From contig JAGVFW010000002.1 of NCBI GenBank assembly GCA_020057405.1, positions 1,621 through 65,620 on the forward strand: DNA of 64,000 nt, given 5' to 3'. The translations under genes and the position numbers were made by a program. The stretch comes from an archaeon (GTDB lineage Archaea; Micrarchaeota; Micrarchaeia; Norongarragalinales; UBA97). Each line of letters begins with the position of its first letter. Position 1 is the stretch's first letter. Of this stretch, positions 27,457-37,488 are shown one piece after another. The notes beneath the pieces were generated by a model. The model searched no databases, was not told the DNA's origin, and saw nothing but the letters and a program-made list of their open reading frames with translations.

Positions 27457-29025
27457 TTATTTTCTCTTTAGTATCGTGTAATTGCCGAACTGCGTTACCG
27501 GCGCGAAGTCCTTGCCGATGTAGTTGTACAAGTCGCCCTCAAATTCCGTCACGTAGCACCTGTCGACCTTGCTCATCGGCGAGGTGATGGCAAACTGCGC
27601 GTTGCTTGTGCGAATGTCGTTGATTATCTCCGCCTGCACTGCCGGTGCGCTTGTGATGCCCGGGTAAAGCTGGATGTACGACGATGCCGGGTCGTGGCCG
27701 GTAACCAAATAGAACGAGGCGGCCCCGCTTGCGACGTAAATCTCCTCACCCGGCGCAGCATTTGCACTAATGTATTCGGTAGCCTGCTTGAAATCGTCAA
27801 TCTGGCCCTTTGGAATAGTCATGCCAGCGAACTTTTCAGTCGGCCCAAGGTAGTCGCGGTAAGTGAATGCGACAAGGCTTGCCCCGAGCAAGGCGAAAAA
27901 CGCAAGGTACGCAAACGCCGCGAGGGCAAGCGCCTTTTTGCCACCAGTCGCCTTGGCAAAGCCACCCGCGAGCTTGTAGAGCAGGTAAGCGGCAATGATG
28001 TATGCAAGAAGCATGCTGAAAATCAGGTGGTTGCGGTCTGTGCGGGGATAGACGACCATGTGGAACTGGAAGAGCGCGACTAAAGTTGCAAGCAGCAGCG
28101 TCTTGCCCTCGACTTTGGAGAGCAGCGTGCGGTTGCGGTAAAGGTAGTAGAGCGCAGCGAAGTAGACGAGCAGGACCGCATAGTAGACTGAGTTGATTGC
28201 CGAGCGGTAAACGGATTCAATCGCGAGGCTGGGCGGGATGAGTGAGGCGACTGTCGGGAACGGCAGGCCCCAGCACTGGTGGCTGCCCTGCGTTGCCGAG
28301 CGCACCACCATCATGTCGTACATTCCGGTAAACGAGTTTGTTGCTGTAAAATACCCGACCGTGAGGAGCGGAATGACTGCAGCGGCGGCGAAGAAGAGCT
28401 TGCGGTCCCACAACTGGCCGACAACCGCCTTGACTTTCGGCCAGTTCTTGGCAAGTGCAGTGATTGCAAAATAGACGGTAATTCCCGCAAGCGTGTATGC
28501 GCCGACGTTCTGCTTGAAAAACGCGCTCGCTCCAACAGCGAAGCCGGCCAAAAGCAAGTGGCGCAGCTTGCCTGACTCCTCATTTCGGATTATGAAGTAA
28601 ACCGCGAGGACTTGGAAGAATACTGCCGGCCAGGTGGGCGTCGTGTAGTGCTGGAAGGGAATGCCCCAGATGAGCAAAAGAACCGGGGGCAAAAGCGCGT
28701 AAGGATGCGGCACCAAACGCCGTGCAATGAGGTAGAGGAGCGCGCCTGCGGAGGCGGCAAAGAGCGCCATGATGATGCGGGCGAAAAGAATCTCGTTTGG
28801 CGCAAAGAGGACGTGGACAAGGGCGCCGATTAGAAAGACGCCGGGCGTATAGATGTTCCGCACTTGAGTGTAGAGCACTTCGCCCTGCGAAATCAGCTTT
28901 CCGCTAAGGAGCGCCTGGCCCTCGTCGGTGCCGTCAAACATCTTGTCGACGAAGAACGCTGAGAACGCCAGGGACGCGACTAGCACTAGGAGAGCGACGA
29001 CGACAGGTCTGGAGCCAAGGTCCAT
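27457..29025 (-). CDS. polytopic GT-C glycosyltransferase, PMT/ArnT-like
   Basis: 522 aa, multi-TM. DE motif in the first loop: 'FVDKMFDGTDEGQALLSGKL'. Confidence 0.55.
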   Translation of the reverse strand: MDLGSRPVVVALLVLVASLAFSAFFVDKMFDGTDEGQALLSGKLISQGEVLYTQVRNIYTPGVFLIGALVHVLFAPNEILFARIIMALFAASAGALLYLIARRLVPHPYALLPPVLLLIWGIPFQHYTTPTWPAVFFQVLAVYFIIRNEESGKLRHLLLAGFAVGASAFFKQNVGAYTLAGITVYFAITALAKNWPKVKAVVGQLWDRKLFFAAAAVIPLLTVGYFTATNSFTGMYDMMVVRSATQGSHQCWGLPFPTVASLIPPSLAIESVYRSAINSVYYAVLLVYFAALYYLYRNRTLLSKVEGKTLLLATLVALFQFHMVVYPRTDRNHLIFSMLLAYIIAAYLLYKLAGGFAKATGGKKALALAAFAYLAFFALLGASLVAFTYRDYLGPTEKFAGMTIPKGQIDDFKQATEYISANAAPGEEIYVASGAASFYLVTGHDPASSYIQLYPGITSAPAVQAEIINDIRTSNAQFAITSPMSKVDRCYVTEFEGDLYNYIGKDFAPVTQFGNYTILKRK

Positions 29026-29138
29026 GCTTCATTATGTGGTAGGCAGAACCGATTTAAAATCCCGCAGAGCGGCCCATCTCAAGAAGCTTATATTTGCGGC
29101 GCACCATAATACCTTTCAAACACGATTTTTGGTGTGTG

Positions 29139-30383
29139 ATGCCGGTTATGTACCACAAACGAGAAGACTGCAGGGGCTGCCACAGCACCGGCGTAACTCC
29201 CTTTTTGGATTTGGGAGCCATGCCGTTAGCCGGAGGTTTCCTCACATCCGACCAAGTCGCTGGCGAACGCAAATATCCGCTTGTGCTCTACTACTGCAAA
29301 ACCTGTTCGCTCGTGCAGGTCCTTGACGTCGTCGACGCAGACACGCTCTTCAAGAATTACTTCTACCTCTCGTCAGTCACAAAGACGCTCTCAAGCCACT
29401 TTGCGCAATACGCTGGCGACGTGCACGAACGCTTCCTGACGGAGAAAAACGCCCTTGCAGTTGAGTTCGGCTGCAATGACGGCGTCCTCCTCATGCCTCT
29501 CAAGGAGCTAGGCGTTCGCACAGTCGGTGTCGAGCCGTCCAAAAACGTTTCTGAAATCGCGCGGGCAAAAGGCCTTGACATAATCAACGACTACTTCACC
29601 CCGAAAGTCGCAGGCGAAATTGCCCAAAAGCACGGCCACGCGGACGCAATCCTCGCCAACAACGTTTTTGCCCACATCGACGACCTTGACGCAGTCCTGA
29701 TGGGCGTGACTGACCTGCTAAAGCCCGACGGAGTGTTCGTCTTCGAGGTCCACTACCTGCCAAACCTGCTTGACGGCCTGCAGTACGACTTCTTTTACCA
29801 CGAGCACCTCTGCTACTACTCGCTTCACTCCCTCTCAGTCCTCCTCGGCCGATTCGGCTTGGCCATCTTCGACGCTACGCCAATGGCAATCCACTCGGGT
29901 TCAATCCGCGTGATGGCCTGCCGCAAGGAAAGCGCCAGGCCTGACGAGCCTGCGGTCAAGCAGCTCATGGCTCTTGAGGAATCAAAGGGTCTGGACAAAC
30001 TCGAGACTTACACTGAATTCGCCGACCGCGTCGCCGCGCATCGGACCGAGTTGCGCACGCTTTTGCAAAGTTTCAAGTCAAAAGGCAAGCGCATTGCCGG
30101 CTACGGCGCCTCCGGCCGCGCCAACACGCTCCTAAACTACTGCCAGATAGGCACCGAGACAATCGACTACATCGTCGACGACTCGCCATTGCGCCAGGGC
30201 CACCTCACGCCGGGCACGCACATTCCAGTCAAGCCGGCCTCCGAACTCTCGTCCAACCCTCCGGACGCAATCCTCGTCCTCGCCTGGAGCTACCTTGCAG
30301 AAATCATGGCCCGCCAAAAGGATTTCGCAAAGGCGGGTGGGACTTTCCTCGTGCCGTTTCCAGAACCGGGTGTAGTGAAATGA
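29139..30383 (+). CDS. NDP-hexose C-methyltransferase-like: N-terminal putative Zn-binding domain, class I SAM methyltransferase domain, and C-terminal C-methyltransferase domain (TylCIII/Coq-type)
   Basis: 'CRGCHSTGVTPFLDLGAMPLAGGFL' N-terminal Cys cluster, 'AVEFGCNDGVLL' SAM motif I, and a C-terminal domain of about 100 aa. Paralog of the protein encoded at 37843-39063. The start is taken at ATG 29139. Confidence 0.7.
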   Translation: MPVMYHKREDCRGCHSTGVTPFLDLGAMPLAGGFLTSDQVAGERKYPLVLYYCKTCSLVQVLDVVDADTLFKNYFYLSSVTKTLSSHFAQYAGDVHERFLTEKNALAVEFGCNDGVLLMPLKELGVRTVGVEPSKNVSEIARAKGLDIINDYFTPKVAGEIAQKHGHADAILANNVFAHIDDLDAVLMGVTDLLKPDGVFVFEVHYLPNLLDGLQYDFFYHEHLCYYSLHSLSVLLGRFGLAIFDATPMAIHSGSIRVMACRKESARPDEPAVKQLMALEESKGLDKLETYTEFADRVAAHRTELRTLLQSFKSKGKRIAGYGASGRANTLLNYCQIGTETIDYIVDDSPLRQGHLTPGTHIPVKPASELSSNPPDAILVLAWSYLAEIMARQKDFAKAGGTFLVPFPEPGVVK

Positions 30384-31456
30384 AAGTAGTCGAAATCATC
30401 CAAGGCTATTCCCACGGCGACGGCATCAACAAGGCCGCCGTTTCGATAGCTACTGCCCTCTCACACATCAAGGGCGTAGAAGTCACCCTCATCCACGAGC
30501 GCGGAGTGCCTCCAATGCGCACTGCGGTGCGCGAGACGTTCGTCGGCTCAATCCGCCGGGCAGCGAAAGAGGCGGACATTGTGCATTCCCACATCGGCAC
30601 GGGCGTCTTCAAAGCAAGTGCGGCGAAGCTAGTCAACCCTCGTATCAAGCACGTAACGACTTACAGCGTGATTGCGCCAAAAGAAATCTATGCCAAGTAT
30701 CACTTCACGCTCCTTTTCCACAAGCTCGTCTACGCGCATGGCATTGACGCTGTTGTCGGCATCAGCAAGTACGCCTGCGACGACTTCCACAAGCGCTTCG
30801 GCGGCCACGCGCAGCTCATTTACGACGGCGTTGACCTAAAAGAATTCAAGCCCGACGCGAAGGCCGGCGCAGCTTTCCGGCGCGTCCACGGCATTGGCGC
30901 AGAGAAGACCGTAATCGGATTTGTCTCGCGCTTTGACGCCCACAAAAACCACGCTGCAATCATCCGCGCCCTGCCGAAGCTGCCAAAGGACACTGTCGCG
31001 CTCTTGGGCGGCGTTGGGGGAGGCAAGTTTGACACAATGGCGGAGTGCAAGCAGCTTGCGCACTCGCTTGGCGTTTCCGACCGTGTTGTTTTTGCCGGCT
31101 TCATCCAAGAAAAGGACATGAACGCACTCTACAATTCCATGGACATTCACGCCTTCCCGTCGCTTTGGGAGGGCTTTGGGCTAAGCGTGCTTGAGGCAAG
31201 CGCGGTTGGCAAGCCAACCGTCGGGTTTCCAGTCTATTCAATCAAGGAACTCGTTGGAAGGGTGCCAAACAACGGCATTCTTGCCAAAGACCAGCACGCT
31301 TTCACCTCTGCCCTATCCCGGCTTTCAAGCGACAGCAAGCTTCGGCGAAAGTTCGGCGCAGGAGCGAAGGAATTTGCAAAAGACTTCGCCTGGGAGAAAG
31401 TCGCCATCCGCTACAAGCACCTTTTCGACGGCCTGATGGAGGAACGCGGGCGATGA
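30380..31456 (+). CDS. GT4 glycosyltransferase
   Basis: 'EGFGLSVLEASAVGKPTVGF' GT-B motif. ATGA overlap with the upstream gene. Confidence 0.85.
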   Translation: MKVVEIIQGYSHGDGINKAAVSIATALSHIKGVEVTLIHERGVPPMRTAVRETFVGSIRRAAKEADIVHSHIGTGVFKASAAKLVNPRIKHVTTYSVIAPKEIYAKYHFTLLFHKLVYAHGIDAVVGISKYACDDFHKRFGGHAQLIYDGVDLKEFKPDAKAGAAFRRVHGIGAEKTVIGFVSRFDAHKNHAAIIRALPKLPKDTVALLGGVGGGKFDTMAECKQLAHSLGVSDRVVFAGFIQEKDMNALYNSMDIHAFPSLWEGFGLSVLEASAVGKPTVGFPVYSIKELVGRVPNNGILAKDQHAFTSALSRLSSDSKLRRKFGAGAKEFAKDFAWEKVAIRYKHLFDGLMEERGR

Positions 31457-32538
31457 ACAAACCGGAGGGCGGCAAATTGCGCGTCAACTACGTTCTCGGC
31501 TCGCCAGTGCCGCCAAAGTCTGGCTACGGCAAGTACGCCCTAACAGTGCTTGACGAGCTGACGCACCTCAAAGGCCTTGGCGTCCGCGACATCCGCGCGC
31601 ATTTCCCCCTAAACTTTCCATTCCGAAACATGCTTCTTGACTTTTCAACAACTCCAGTAAAGACGCTTCTGCATTCGCGGGGTGCGATTACCCACGCAAG
31701 CTCCCAAGGCTTGGCTTTCCTAGGCTTGCTTGGAGTGCGGCCGTTTGTCGTCACTGCCTACGACGCCATTCCCTTCGCGCTAAAGGAGGAACGAAAGTCT
31801 CCGGCCAAGTCAGGTCTTCTTGCCATGATGAGGCAGGGCCTGCGTGGCGCCGACGCGATAATCACGATTTCACACTTCAGCAAGCGCGAGCTCGCAAAGC
31901 ACGCCGGTCTTGACGAACGCCGCATCCACATAGCTTACCCCGGCGTTGACCACGCAGTTTTCAAGCCACTGGCGACGGCAAAGCCCGACCTGCGCAAGGT
32001 GCTTTACGTCGGTTCCGAGCAGCCGCGAAAGAATGTTGGCGTCCTTTTGGAGGCGTTTGCAAAAGCACGCAAGAAACTGCCGGGGCTAAAGCTGCTAAAA
32101 GTCGGTTCCCCCCAGTGGCGTGGCGGCCGCGAGGCGTTTTTGGCCAAGGCGCGTGCGCTTGGCGTTGCGGATGCAATCACTTTTGTCGAAGGCCCAACCG
32201 AAGCGGAGCTTGCAGCAATCTACCGCTCTTGTGGCGTGCTCGTTTTCCCGTCGACTTACGAGGGTTTCGGCCTTCCTCCACTTGAGGCAATGGCCTGCGG
32301 CCTGCCCGTCGTGTGCAGCAATGCCGCGTCGTTGCCTGAAGTCGTCGGAAGCGCGGCAATCTCACTAAAGCCCAACGATGTCGACGGCTTTGCCAAAGGC
32401 ATTGTCAGCGTCCTCTCTAAACCCGCAGTCCGCAAGCGGCTAAAGGCCAAGGGCTTCGCGCAGGCGAAGAAGTTTTCGTGGCGCAAAGCTGCGCTTGACA
32501 CTCTTAAAGTCTACGAGTCGCTTGCGCCGAAAAACTAG
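31453..32538 (+). CDS. GT4 glycosyltransferase
   Basis: 'EGFGLPPLEAMACGLPVVCSNAASLPEVVG'. ATGA overlap with the upstream GT4. Confidence 0.85.
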   Translation: MNKPEGGKLRVNYVLGSPVPPKSGYGKYALTVLDELTHLKGLGVRDIRAHFPLNFPFRNMLLDFSTTPVKTLLHSRGAITHASSQGLAFLGLLGVRPFVVTAYDAIPFALKEERKSPAKSGLLAMMRQGLRGADAIITISHFSKRELAKHAGLDERRIHIAYPGVDHAVFKPLATAKPDLRKVLYVGSEQPRKNVGVLLEAFAKARKKLPGLKLLKVGSPQWRGGREAFLAKARALGVADAITFVEGPTEAELAAIYRSCGVLVFPSTYEGFGLPPLEAMACGLPVVCSNAASLPEVVGSAAISLKPNDVDGFAKGIVSVLSKPAVRKRLKAKGFAQAKKFSWRKAALDTLKVYESLAPKN

Positions 32539-33518
32539 ACCCATTTCGTGGCCTTAAGCAGGGCCAAAAGTTCACTATCGCTTAGCATGTGCGTGTTGTT
32601 TGAAGCGTATTCACGGATTTCATTTGCATTTCCCTTGTAGGCACTGCCTTCCTTGTGCGGGGGGATGACGAACTCTTCCTTTTGCTCAACAGCGCGGTAC
32701 ATTTCCTCCTCGCTGACAAGCACTTCGTGAATCTTCTCGCCCGGCCTGATGCCCACCATCTTGGTCGGATAGCCGGCCTTCCCGGTAACAGCCTTGCCCA
32801 TCACTTCAGCAAGTTGCGTGATGCGGCAGGCGCTCATCTTCTTGACGAAAATCTCGCCGCCCTTGCCCTCTTCCATTGCCTTGAAGACAAGCTTGATGGC
32901 GTCAGGGAGCGGCAGGAGAAAGCGCGTCATGCGAGCGTCGGTGATGGGCAGGGGCTTTTTCTCGTCGAGTAACTTCTTGAAGAACGGAATCACGCTTCCG
33001 CGGCTGCCTACGACGTTGCCGTAGCGCACGCACATGAACCGCGTCTTCCAGTGCGGAGAGTTCATGCTGATGAACACTTTTTCCTGCATGGCCTTTGACA
33101 TTCCCATGGCATTGACTGGCTTGACTGCCTTGTCTGTGCTCACGCCCACCACGCGGTCGACGCCAGCCGCGATTGCCGCCTTTGCAACATTATGCGCGCC
33201 CAAGATGTTAGTCTTGACTGCCTCAAGCGGGTGGCTCTCGCAGCTTGGAACGTGCTTTAGTGCAGCAGCGTGGAAGACGACGTCAACGCCTGCCATCGCC
33301 TCGCTAACGCGTTCGAAGTCGCGCACGTCGCCGATGACATACTCTAGTCCAGCGTTGCCGTCAAACTCCTGCGCCATGCGGTATTGCTTGTCCTCGTCGC
33401 GGCTAAAGATGACGATTGACTCCGGGGAAAAGGGCGCGAGCTGGCCCACAATCTGGTGGCCGAAGCTGCCGGTGCCCCCTGTGACCATGATGCGCTTTCC
33501 CTTGAGAAAAGATGCCAT
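32535..33518 (-). CDS. UDP-N-acetylglucosamine 4,6-dehydratase-like (CapD/PseB/FlaA1 family, Polysacc_synt_2)
   Basis: 'IMVTGGTGSFGHQIVGQL' and 'IFSRDEDKQYRMAQEF' are hallmarks of PseB/CapD short dehydratases. Confidence 0.8.
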   Translation of the reverse strand: MASFLKGKRIMVTGGTGSFGHQIVGQLAPFSPESIVIFSRDEDKQYRMAQEFDGNAGLEYVIGDVRDFERVSEAMAGVDVVFHAAALKHVPSCESHPLEAVKTNILGAHNVAKAAIAAGVDRVVGVSTDKAVKPVNAMGMSKAMQEKVFISMNSPHWKTRFMCVRYGNVVGSRGSVIPFFKKLLDEKKPLPITDARMTRFLLPLPDAIKLVFKAMEEGKGGEIFVKKMSACRITQLAEVMGKAVTGKAGYPTKMVGIRPGEKIHEVLVSEEEMYRAVEQKEEFVIPPHKEGSAYKGNANEIREYASNNTHMLSDSELLALLKATKWV

Positions 33519-33525
33519 AACAAAT

Positions 33526-34527
33526 TCAACTCCGTTTCTGCTTAAAGAGTTTGCCCTTGATGGTGCGCACGCCGTAAGCGGGCAAAAGCCACTTCTCCAG
33601 TTCGGCTACGGGAACTTTTCGCCCCGCCCCCAGTTTCCGCCGCCGTGAAATTATCCACGGCAGCATCAAAAACGCGTCAATCCTTGCCTTCACGCGCGCA
33701 ACGTTGGCGGTAGCAAGCCACCAAACGCTCATTGGGATTTCGAAAATGATGTAGTAAGCCAACATTGGCACAAGCAACTTGAGCGGAAACTCCGAGAGTG
33801 CAAAGAGCAGGCGGTTTCTGTGGCCCAAGTAAGTCGCGCGATAGCTAGTCTTGCCGTAAGACACTGAACCCGCGTGAAACGCCCGCACTTGGGGCACGAG
33901 CATGCACTTCCAACCGGCCGCGCGCGCACGCCAGGCGAGGTCGATGTCTTCCAAGTAAGCGCCGAACGCTTCCTCAAAATAGCCAATCTCGTCAAGCATC
34001 TGGCGTCGATAGAGCGTCGCCCCGCCGTAGCCGCCGAAAATTTCTACCGGCTTCTTGCCAAACTGTCCGCGGTTCTCCTCGCCACCGCCGACGTTAGCGC
34101 CGTAGCCGCTGCGGTCAACTGAAACGCCGGCTGCGTCAATTACGCTGGGTTCGCTTGAGCGGACAAGGAGGGGCACGGCCATTCCGACGCGGCTGTCCTT
34201 CTCGGCAGCCGCAACCATTTCAGAAATGACTTTGGGTTCAAGCGCCACGTCGTTAGTGACTGAAATGACGTACTTGCCTTTCGCCGCCCGCAGCCCGATG
34301 TTCATGCCGGCTGCAAAGCCTAAGTTAGTGGGATTGCGGATGACTTTCGTTTGCGGAAAGTTTTTCTTGACGTACGCGAGACTGTCGTCGGTGCTCGCGT
34401 TGTCGACAAGGAGGACTTGGAGCGGCCTGTAAGTCTGCTTGCCAAGGGCCGGCAGGCTTTTTTCAAGAAGTTTTCTGCCGTTCCAATTGAGTACAACGGC
34501 AGTTACTTCGGGGTGCTTGGGTTTCAT
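33526..34527 (-). CDS. GT2 glycosyltransferase
   Basis: 'VTAVVLNWNGRKLLEKSLPALGKQTYRPLQVLLVDNASTDDS'. Confidence 0.85.
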   Translation of the reverse strand: MKPKHPEVTAVVLNWNGRKLLEKSLPALGKQTYRPLQVLLVDNASTDDSLAYVKKNFPQTKVIRNPTNLGFAAGMNIGLRAAKGKYVISVTNDVALEPKVISEMVAAAEKDSRVGMAVPLLVRSSEPSVIDAAGVSVDRSGYGANVGGGEENRGQFGKKPVEIFGGYGGATLYRRQMLDEIGYFEEAFGAYLEDIDLAWRARAAGWKCMLVPQVRAFHAGSVSYGKTSYRATYLGHRNRLLFALSEFPLKLLVPMLAYYIIFEIPMSVWWLATANVARVKARIDAFLMLPWIISRRRKLGAGRKVPVAELEKWLLPAYGVRTIKGKLFKQKRS

Positions 34528-34556
34528 TTCCTTTCACCACACCGGGCTCCGCGGGC

Positions 34557-35690
34557 TCACTGGCCTATCGAGGGTGTTGAATCAGAAATAGTATCGGATG
34601 CAGAAGCCGGTTGGGCTTGCGCCATCGGTTGAATTGCGTTTTGTGCTGCCGGCGGGTCGATTGCCTCGACCTTCAAGATAATTCCGCCCTTCTTTGCCGG
34701 GTCGTGGGGAACGTAAACCGCGCTTGCGTCGGTGTTCCACCTGCGGTAGACGTAGCAGCGCTTGCAGAAGGAGTCGTCCTTGAAGTCTTTTTCGCGGAAT
34801 GGCTCGAGGTTCTTCCACACTTGCTTGGCGTCGCTCTCAAGGAGGTTGCCGTAGAACTTGTTGGGGTGGTGGCAGCACGGGGCCGCGTCGCCAGTCCAGT
34901 TGACGAAGAGGATGCCGGTGTTCATGTAGGGGCAGATGTCGCGCTGCTTTGAGAGCCAGTTGCGCCAGCTGTGCTTTCGGCTGTAGAAGACCGTCTCGAC
35001 GGGCACGCCGTACTTGGCTTCAAATGCCGGGAGCGCGTCGAGGAACGTTTGCGTCTCTTCGGGCGACAGGCTCGGCACTTTATGGCCGTGCAAGTCGTAG
35101 ATGGGTTCGAGGTTGATGCCGTTGATGCCCGCTTGCTTTGCAATCTTTAGTATGCCCTCGAATTGCTTGAAGTTAAGCGATGAGAGGACGACGCTGAAAA
35201 ACACTTTCTTGTCAGCCTTTGCGGCGCATATGCGCAGCACGCCCTCAAGGAGGGGGCCGAAGTGGGAGTTGCGCCGGATTGCCTCGAATTCCTCACTAGC
35301 GGGAAAGTCGAATGAGATGACAATGTTATGCACCTTGCTCGCCATTATCCTGCCAATCGTCTTTTCGTCAAGGAACGTGCCATTTGTAGTGAATGTGACT
35401 TCGAGGCCCATGTCTGCGGCGTAGTTGGCCATGTCAAAGAGCTGCGGGTGAAGCGTCGGCTCGCCCCAGCCGGTCAAGTTGATTGCCTTTAGCTTGTTGA
35501 ACTTGCTTAGAATGGTCTTGAAGTCATCTAGGGGCATGCGGCCGAGGCCCTTTGAGAAGCTCTTTCGCGGGCACATGACGCAGTCGAGGTTGCAAATGTT
35601 GGTCGGCTCAAGGTGGAGGATGATGGGCTCCTCTAGGGGCTCGTAAAGCGCGTACTTCGCCTGTTCCACTGGATTGAGTTGATAGGCCAT
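34557..35690 (-). CDS. radical SAM enzyme with a C-terminal SPASM/twitch Cys-rich domain
   Basis: 'LEPTNICNLDCVMCPRKSF' contains CxxxCxxC. C-terminal auxiliary-cluster cysteines lie in '...DAAPCCHHPNKFYGNLL...SFCKRCYVY'. Embedded among glycosyltransferase genes. Confidence 0.8.
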   Translation of the reverse strand: MAYQLNPVEQAKYALYEPLEEPIILHLEPTNICNLDCVMCPRKSFSKGLGRMPLDDFKTILSKFNKLKAINLTGWGEPTLHPQLFDMANYAADMGLEVTFTTNGTFLDEKTIGRIMASKVHNIVISFDFPASEEFEAIRRNSHFGPLLEGVLRICAAKADKKVFFSVVLSSLNFKQFEGILKIAKQAGINGINLEPIYDLHGHKVPSLSPEETQTFLDALPAFEAKYGVPVETVFYSRKHSWRNWLSKQRDICPYMNTGILFVNWTGDAAPCCHHPNKFYGNLLESDAKQVWKNLEPFREKDFKDDSFCKRCYVYRRWNTDASAVYVPHDPAKKGGIILKVEAIDPPAAQNAIQPMAQAQPASASDTISDSTPSIGQ

Positions 35691-35749
35691 TGCAAGAAGT
35701 ATTTGCGTTAATGGTCTTTTTTAAGCCCTGCATTTCGGCACTGCTGCTT

Positions 35750-36262
35750 TTAATCAAGGAAAGGAATCCGCACGGACTTTAGGCGCGGCAAGAGCCGCAA
35801 AGCGAGCCGGAATCCATAGGCGAAAATGAAGAGGAGCACTAAGTCGTTTAGGAAATCAAGGTAGATGTCAATCGAAGAGTGCATTACTCCCGTGAACCAG
35901 TAGCCGACGTTGTGCAGGACAACTGCGGCAAGAAAGAGCGGCATCAGCTGCTCGAGGTCAAGTTTTGTCGCGTCGCGGACGAAAAGAAACAGGCACAGCG
36001 TGATGAGGCCGTGCGCGAGGCCGTGAAAGACGATATCAAAAGCCGCATACGGTGAGATTGATGCGATTGCGAGCACGCGGCTAACGCCGTCAGCTGCAAA
36101 CACCGCGTTGAAGAACTTCATGTAGCCTTCAGTCGCGCCAACGCCAATCAACACATAGAAAATCGCGACTTTCGCCCAAATCGCAAGCTGGATGACGAGG
36201 TAGAAGCGCGTTAGGCGGTTAAACTGCTCGCCGCTCATGCCGAAGTCTTTAGCTGAAAACAA
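35750..36262 (-). CDS. small 4-TM membrane protein, possibly a GtrA-like lipid-linked sugar translocation factor
   Basis: 170 aa with four hydrophobic helices. The position beside GT2/RfbF genes is reminiscent of GtrA-family proteins. Weak inference. Confidence 0.35.
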   Translation of the reverse strand: MFSAKDFGMSGEQFNRLTRFYLVIQLAIWAKVAIFYVLIGVGATEGYMKFFNAVFAADGVSRVLAIASISPYAAFDIVFHGLAHGLITLCLFLFVRDATKLDLEQLMPLFLAAVVLHNVGYWFTGVMHSSIDIYLDFLNDLVLLFIFAYGFRLALRLLPRLKSVRIPFLD

Positions 36263-36294
36263 GTCAATTCACCTAAAACAAATTTGACTGGGCG

Positions 36295-37062
36295 CTACCA
36301 CTTGACCCAGGGCGCATGCCCGCTTGCAAACTCGGTGTTTAGCAGGTCTAGCTCGCGCACGGTGTCGACGCAGCGCCAGTAGCCCGAGTGGGGAAATGCC
36401 ATGAGCTGGCCGTCGCGCGCAATCTTTTCAAGCGGCTCGCGCTCTAGGATAGTCGCATCGCCGCCGATGTAGCGAAGGACGGATTTCTTCATCGCAAAGT
36501 AACCGCCATTGATTTTGCCCTCGCCTTCAACTGGCTTTTCTGAAAACGACTTGACGCGGCTACCCTCAAGCTTGAGGCTGCCGAACTTTGAGGGCGGGTT
36601 CACAGCAGTGACCGTCGCAATCTTGCCGTGCTGCTTGTGGAACTTTAGGAGTGCGCCAAGGTCAACGTCAGCCACGCCGTCTCCGTAAGTGAGGAAAAAG
36701 TCTTCCTGCAAGTAAGGCGCCGCGCGCTTGAGCCGTCCGCCGGTCATGGTGTTTAAGCCCGTGTCGACGAGCTTGACGTTCCAGTCGTCAACGGCCTTGC
36801 CCGCAAGCAGTTCGACCTTGTTTTTCTTGACGTCGACTTCGATGTCGTTGTTGATGTAAGCGTAGTTGAGGAAGTATTCCTTGATTGACTCGCCCTTGTA
36901 GCCAAGGAGGATGAGGAAATCACGCACGCCGTAGTGGCTGAACGTCTTCATGATGTGCCACAGGATGGGCTTGCCGCCGACCTCGACCATGGGCTTTGGC
37001 TTGATGATGGTCTCTTCCTTGAGACGAGTTCCAAGACCGCCGGCCAGAATTACCGCTTGCAT
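36295..37062 (-). CDS. rfbF: glucose-1-phosphate cytidylyltransferase
   Basis: 'MQAVILAGGLGTRLKEETIIKPKPMVEVGGKPILWHIMKTFSHYGVRDFLILLGYKGESIKEYF' is the diagnostic RfbF/DdhA signature. Confidence 0.85.
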   Translation of the reverse strand: MQAVILAGGLGTRLKEETIIKPKPMVEVGGKPILWHIMKTFSHYGVRDFLILLGYKGESIKEYFLNYAYINNDIEVDVKKNKVELLAGKAVDDWNVKLVDTGLNTMTGGRLKRAAPYLQEDFFLTYGDGVADVDLGALLKFHKQHGKIATVTAVNPPSKFGSLKLEGSRVKSFSEKPVEGEGKINGGYFAMKKSVLRYIGGDATILEREPLEKIARDGQLMAFPHSGYWRCVDTVRELDLLNTEFASGHAPWVKW

Positions 37063-37149
37063 GATATGATATAGTCGGCCGAAATTAATAAACCGGCAGG
37101 AAAGCCCAGTGGCTCCTTGGTTGCATGGCTGGGATTAAGGTCTGCTGGC

Positions 37150-37488
37150 TCAAGGCGTGATTTTGAGCACTGCGCCTACTTGCTGCTTGAGTTGCGGCAA
37201 GTCCTTCTCTACGGTAGCCCAGACGCTTTCGATGTCCACGCCGAGATAGTTGTGGATGAGCTTGTCGCGCATGCCCGCAATGTCCTTCCAAGGCACTTGC
37301 GCGTGCTTTTTCTTGAGTTCGGGTGAGACTTGCTTGCAGGCCTCGCCAATGATTTCGATTTGCCTGATGACCGCGTCCTGGATGAGCGAATTTCCCTTGA
37401 ATTCTTTTTCGGAAATGTCGGCCGTATAGTCTTCAATCTTGCCTATGGAGTCAAGGATGTGCTTCAGGTATACCGAATTGGCTTTCAA
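37150..37488 (-). CDS. hepT: HepT-like toxin (DUF86 nucleotidyltransferase substrate-binding protein)
   Basis: 'RDKLIHNY' matches the Rx4HxY HepT catalytic motif. 112 aa, 4-nt overlap with the upstream MNT gene. Confidence 0.85.
   Translation of the reverse strand: MKANSVYLKHILDSIGKIEDYTADISEKEFKGNSLIQDAVIRQIEIIGEACKQVSPELKKKHAQVPWKDIAGMRDKLIHNYLGVDIESVWATVEKDLPQLKQQVGAVLKITP

Noticed and set aside
37085-37326. Small ORFs (68-69 aa) overlapping the 3' half of hepT on both strands
   Set aside because: Shadow ORFs of a well-supported HEPN-domain gene.
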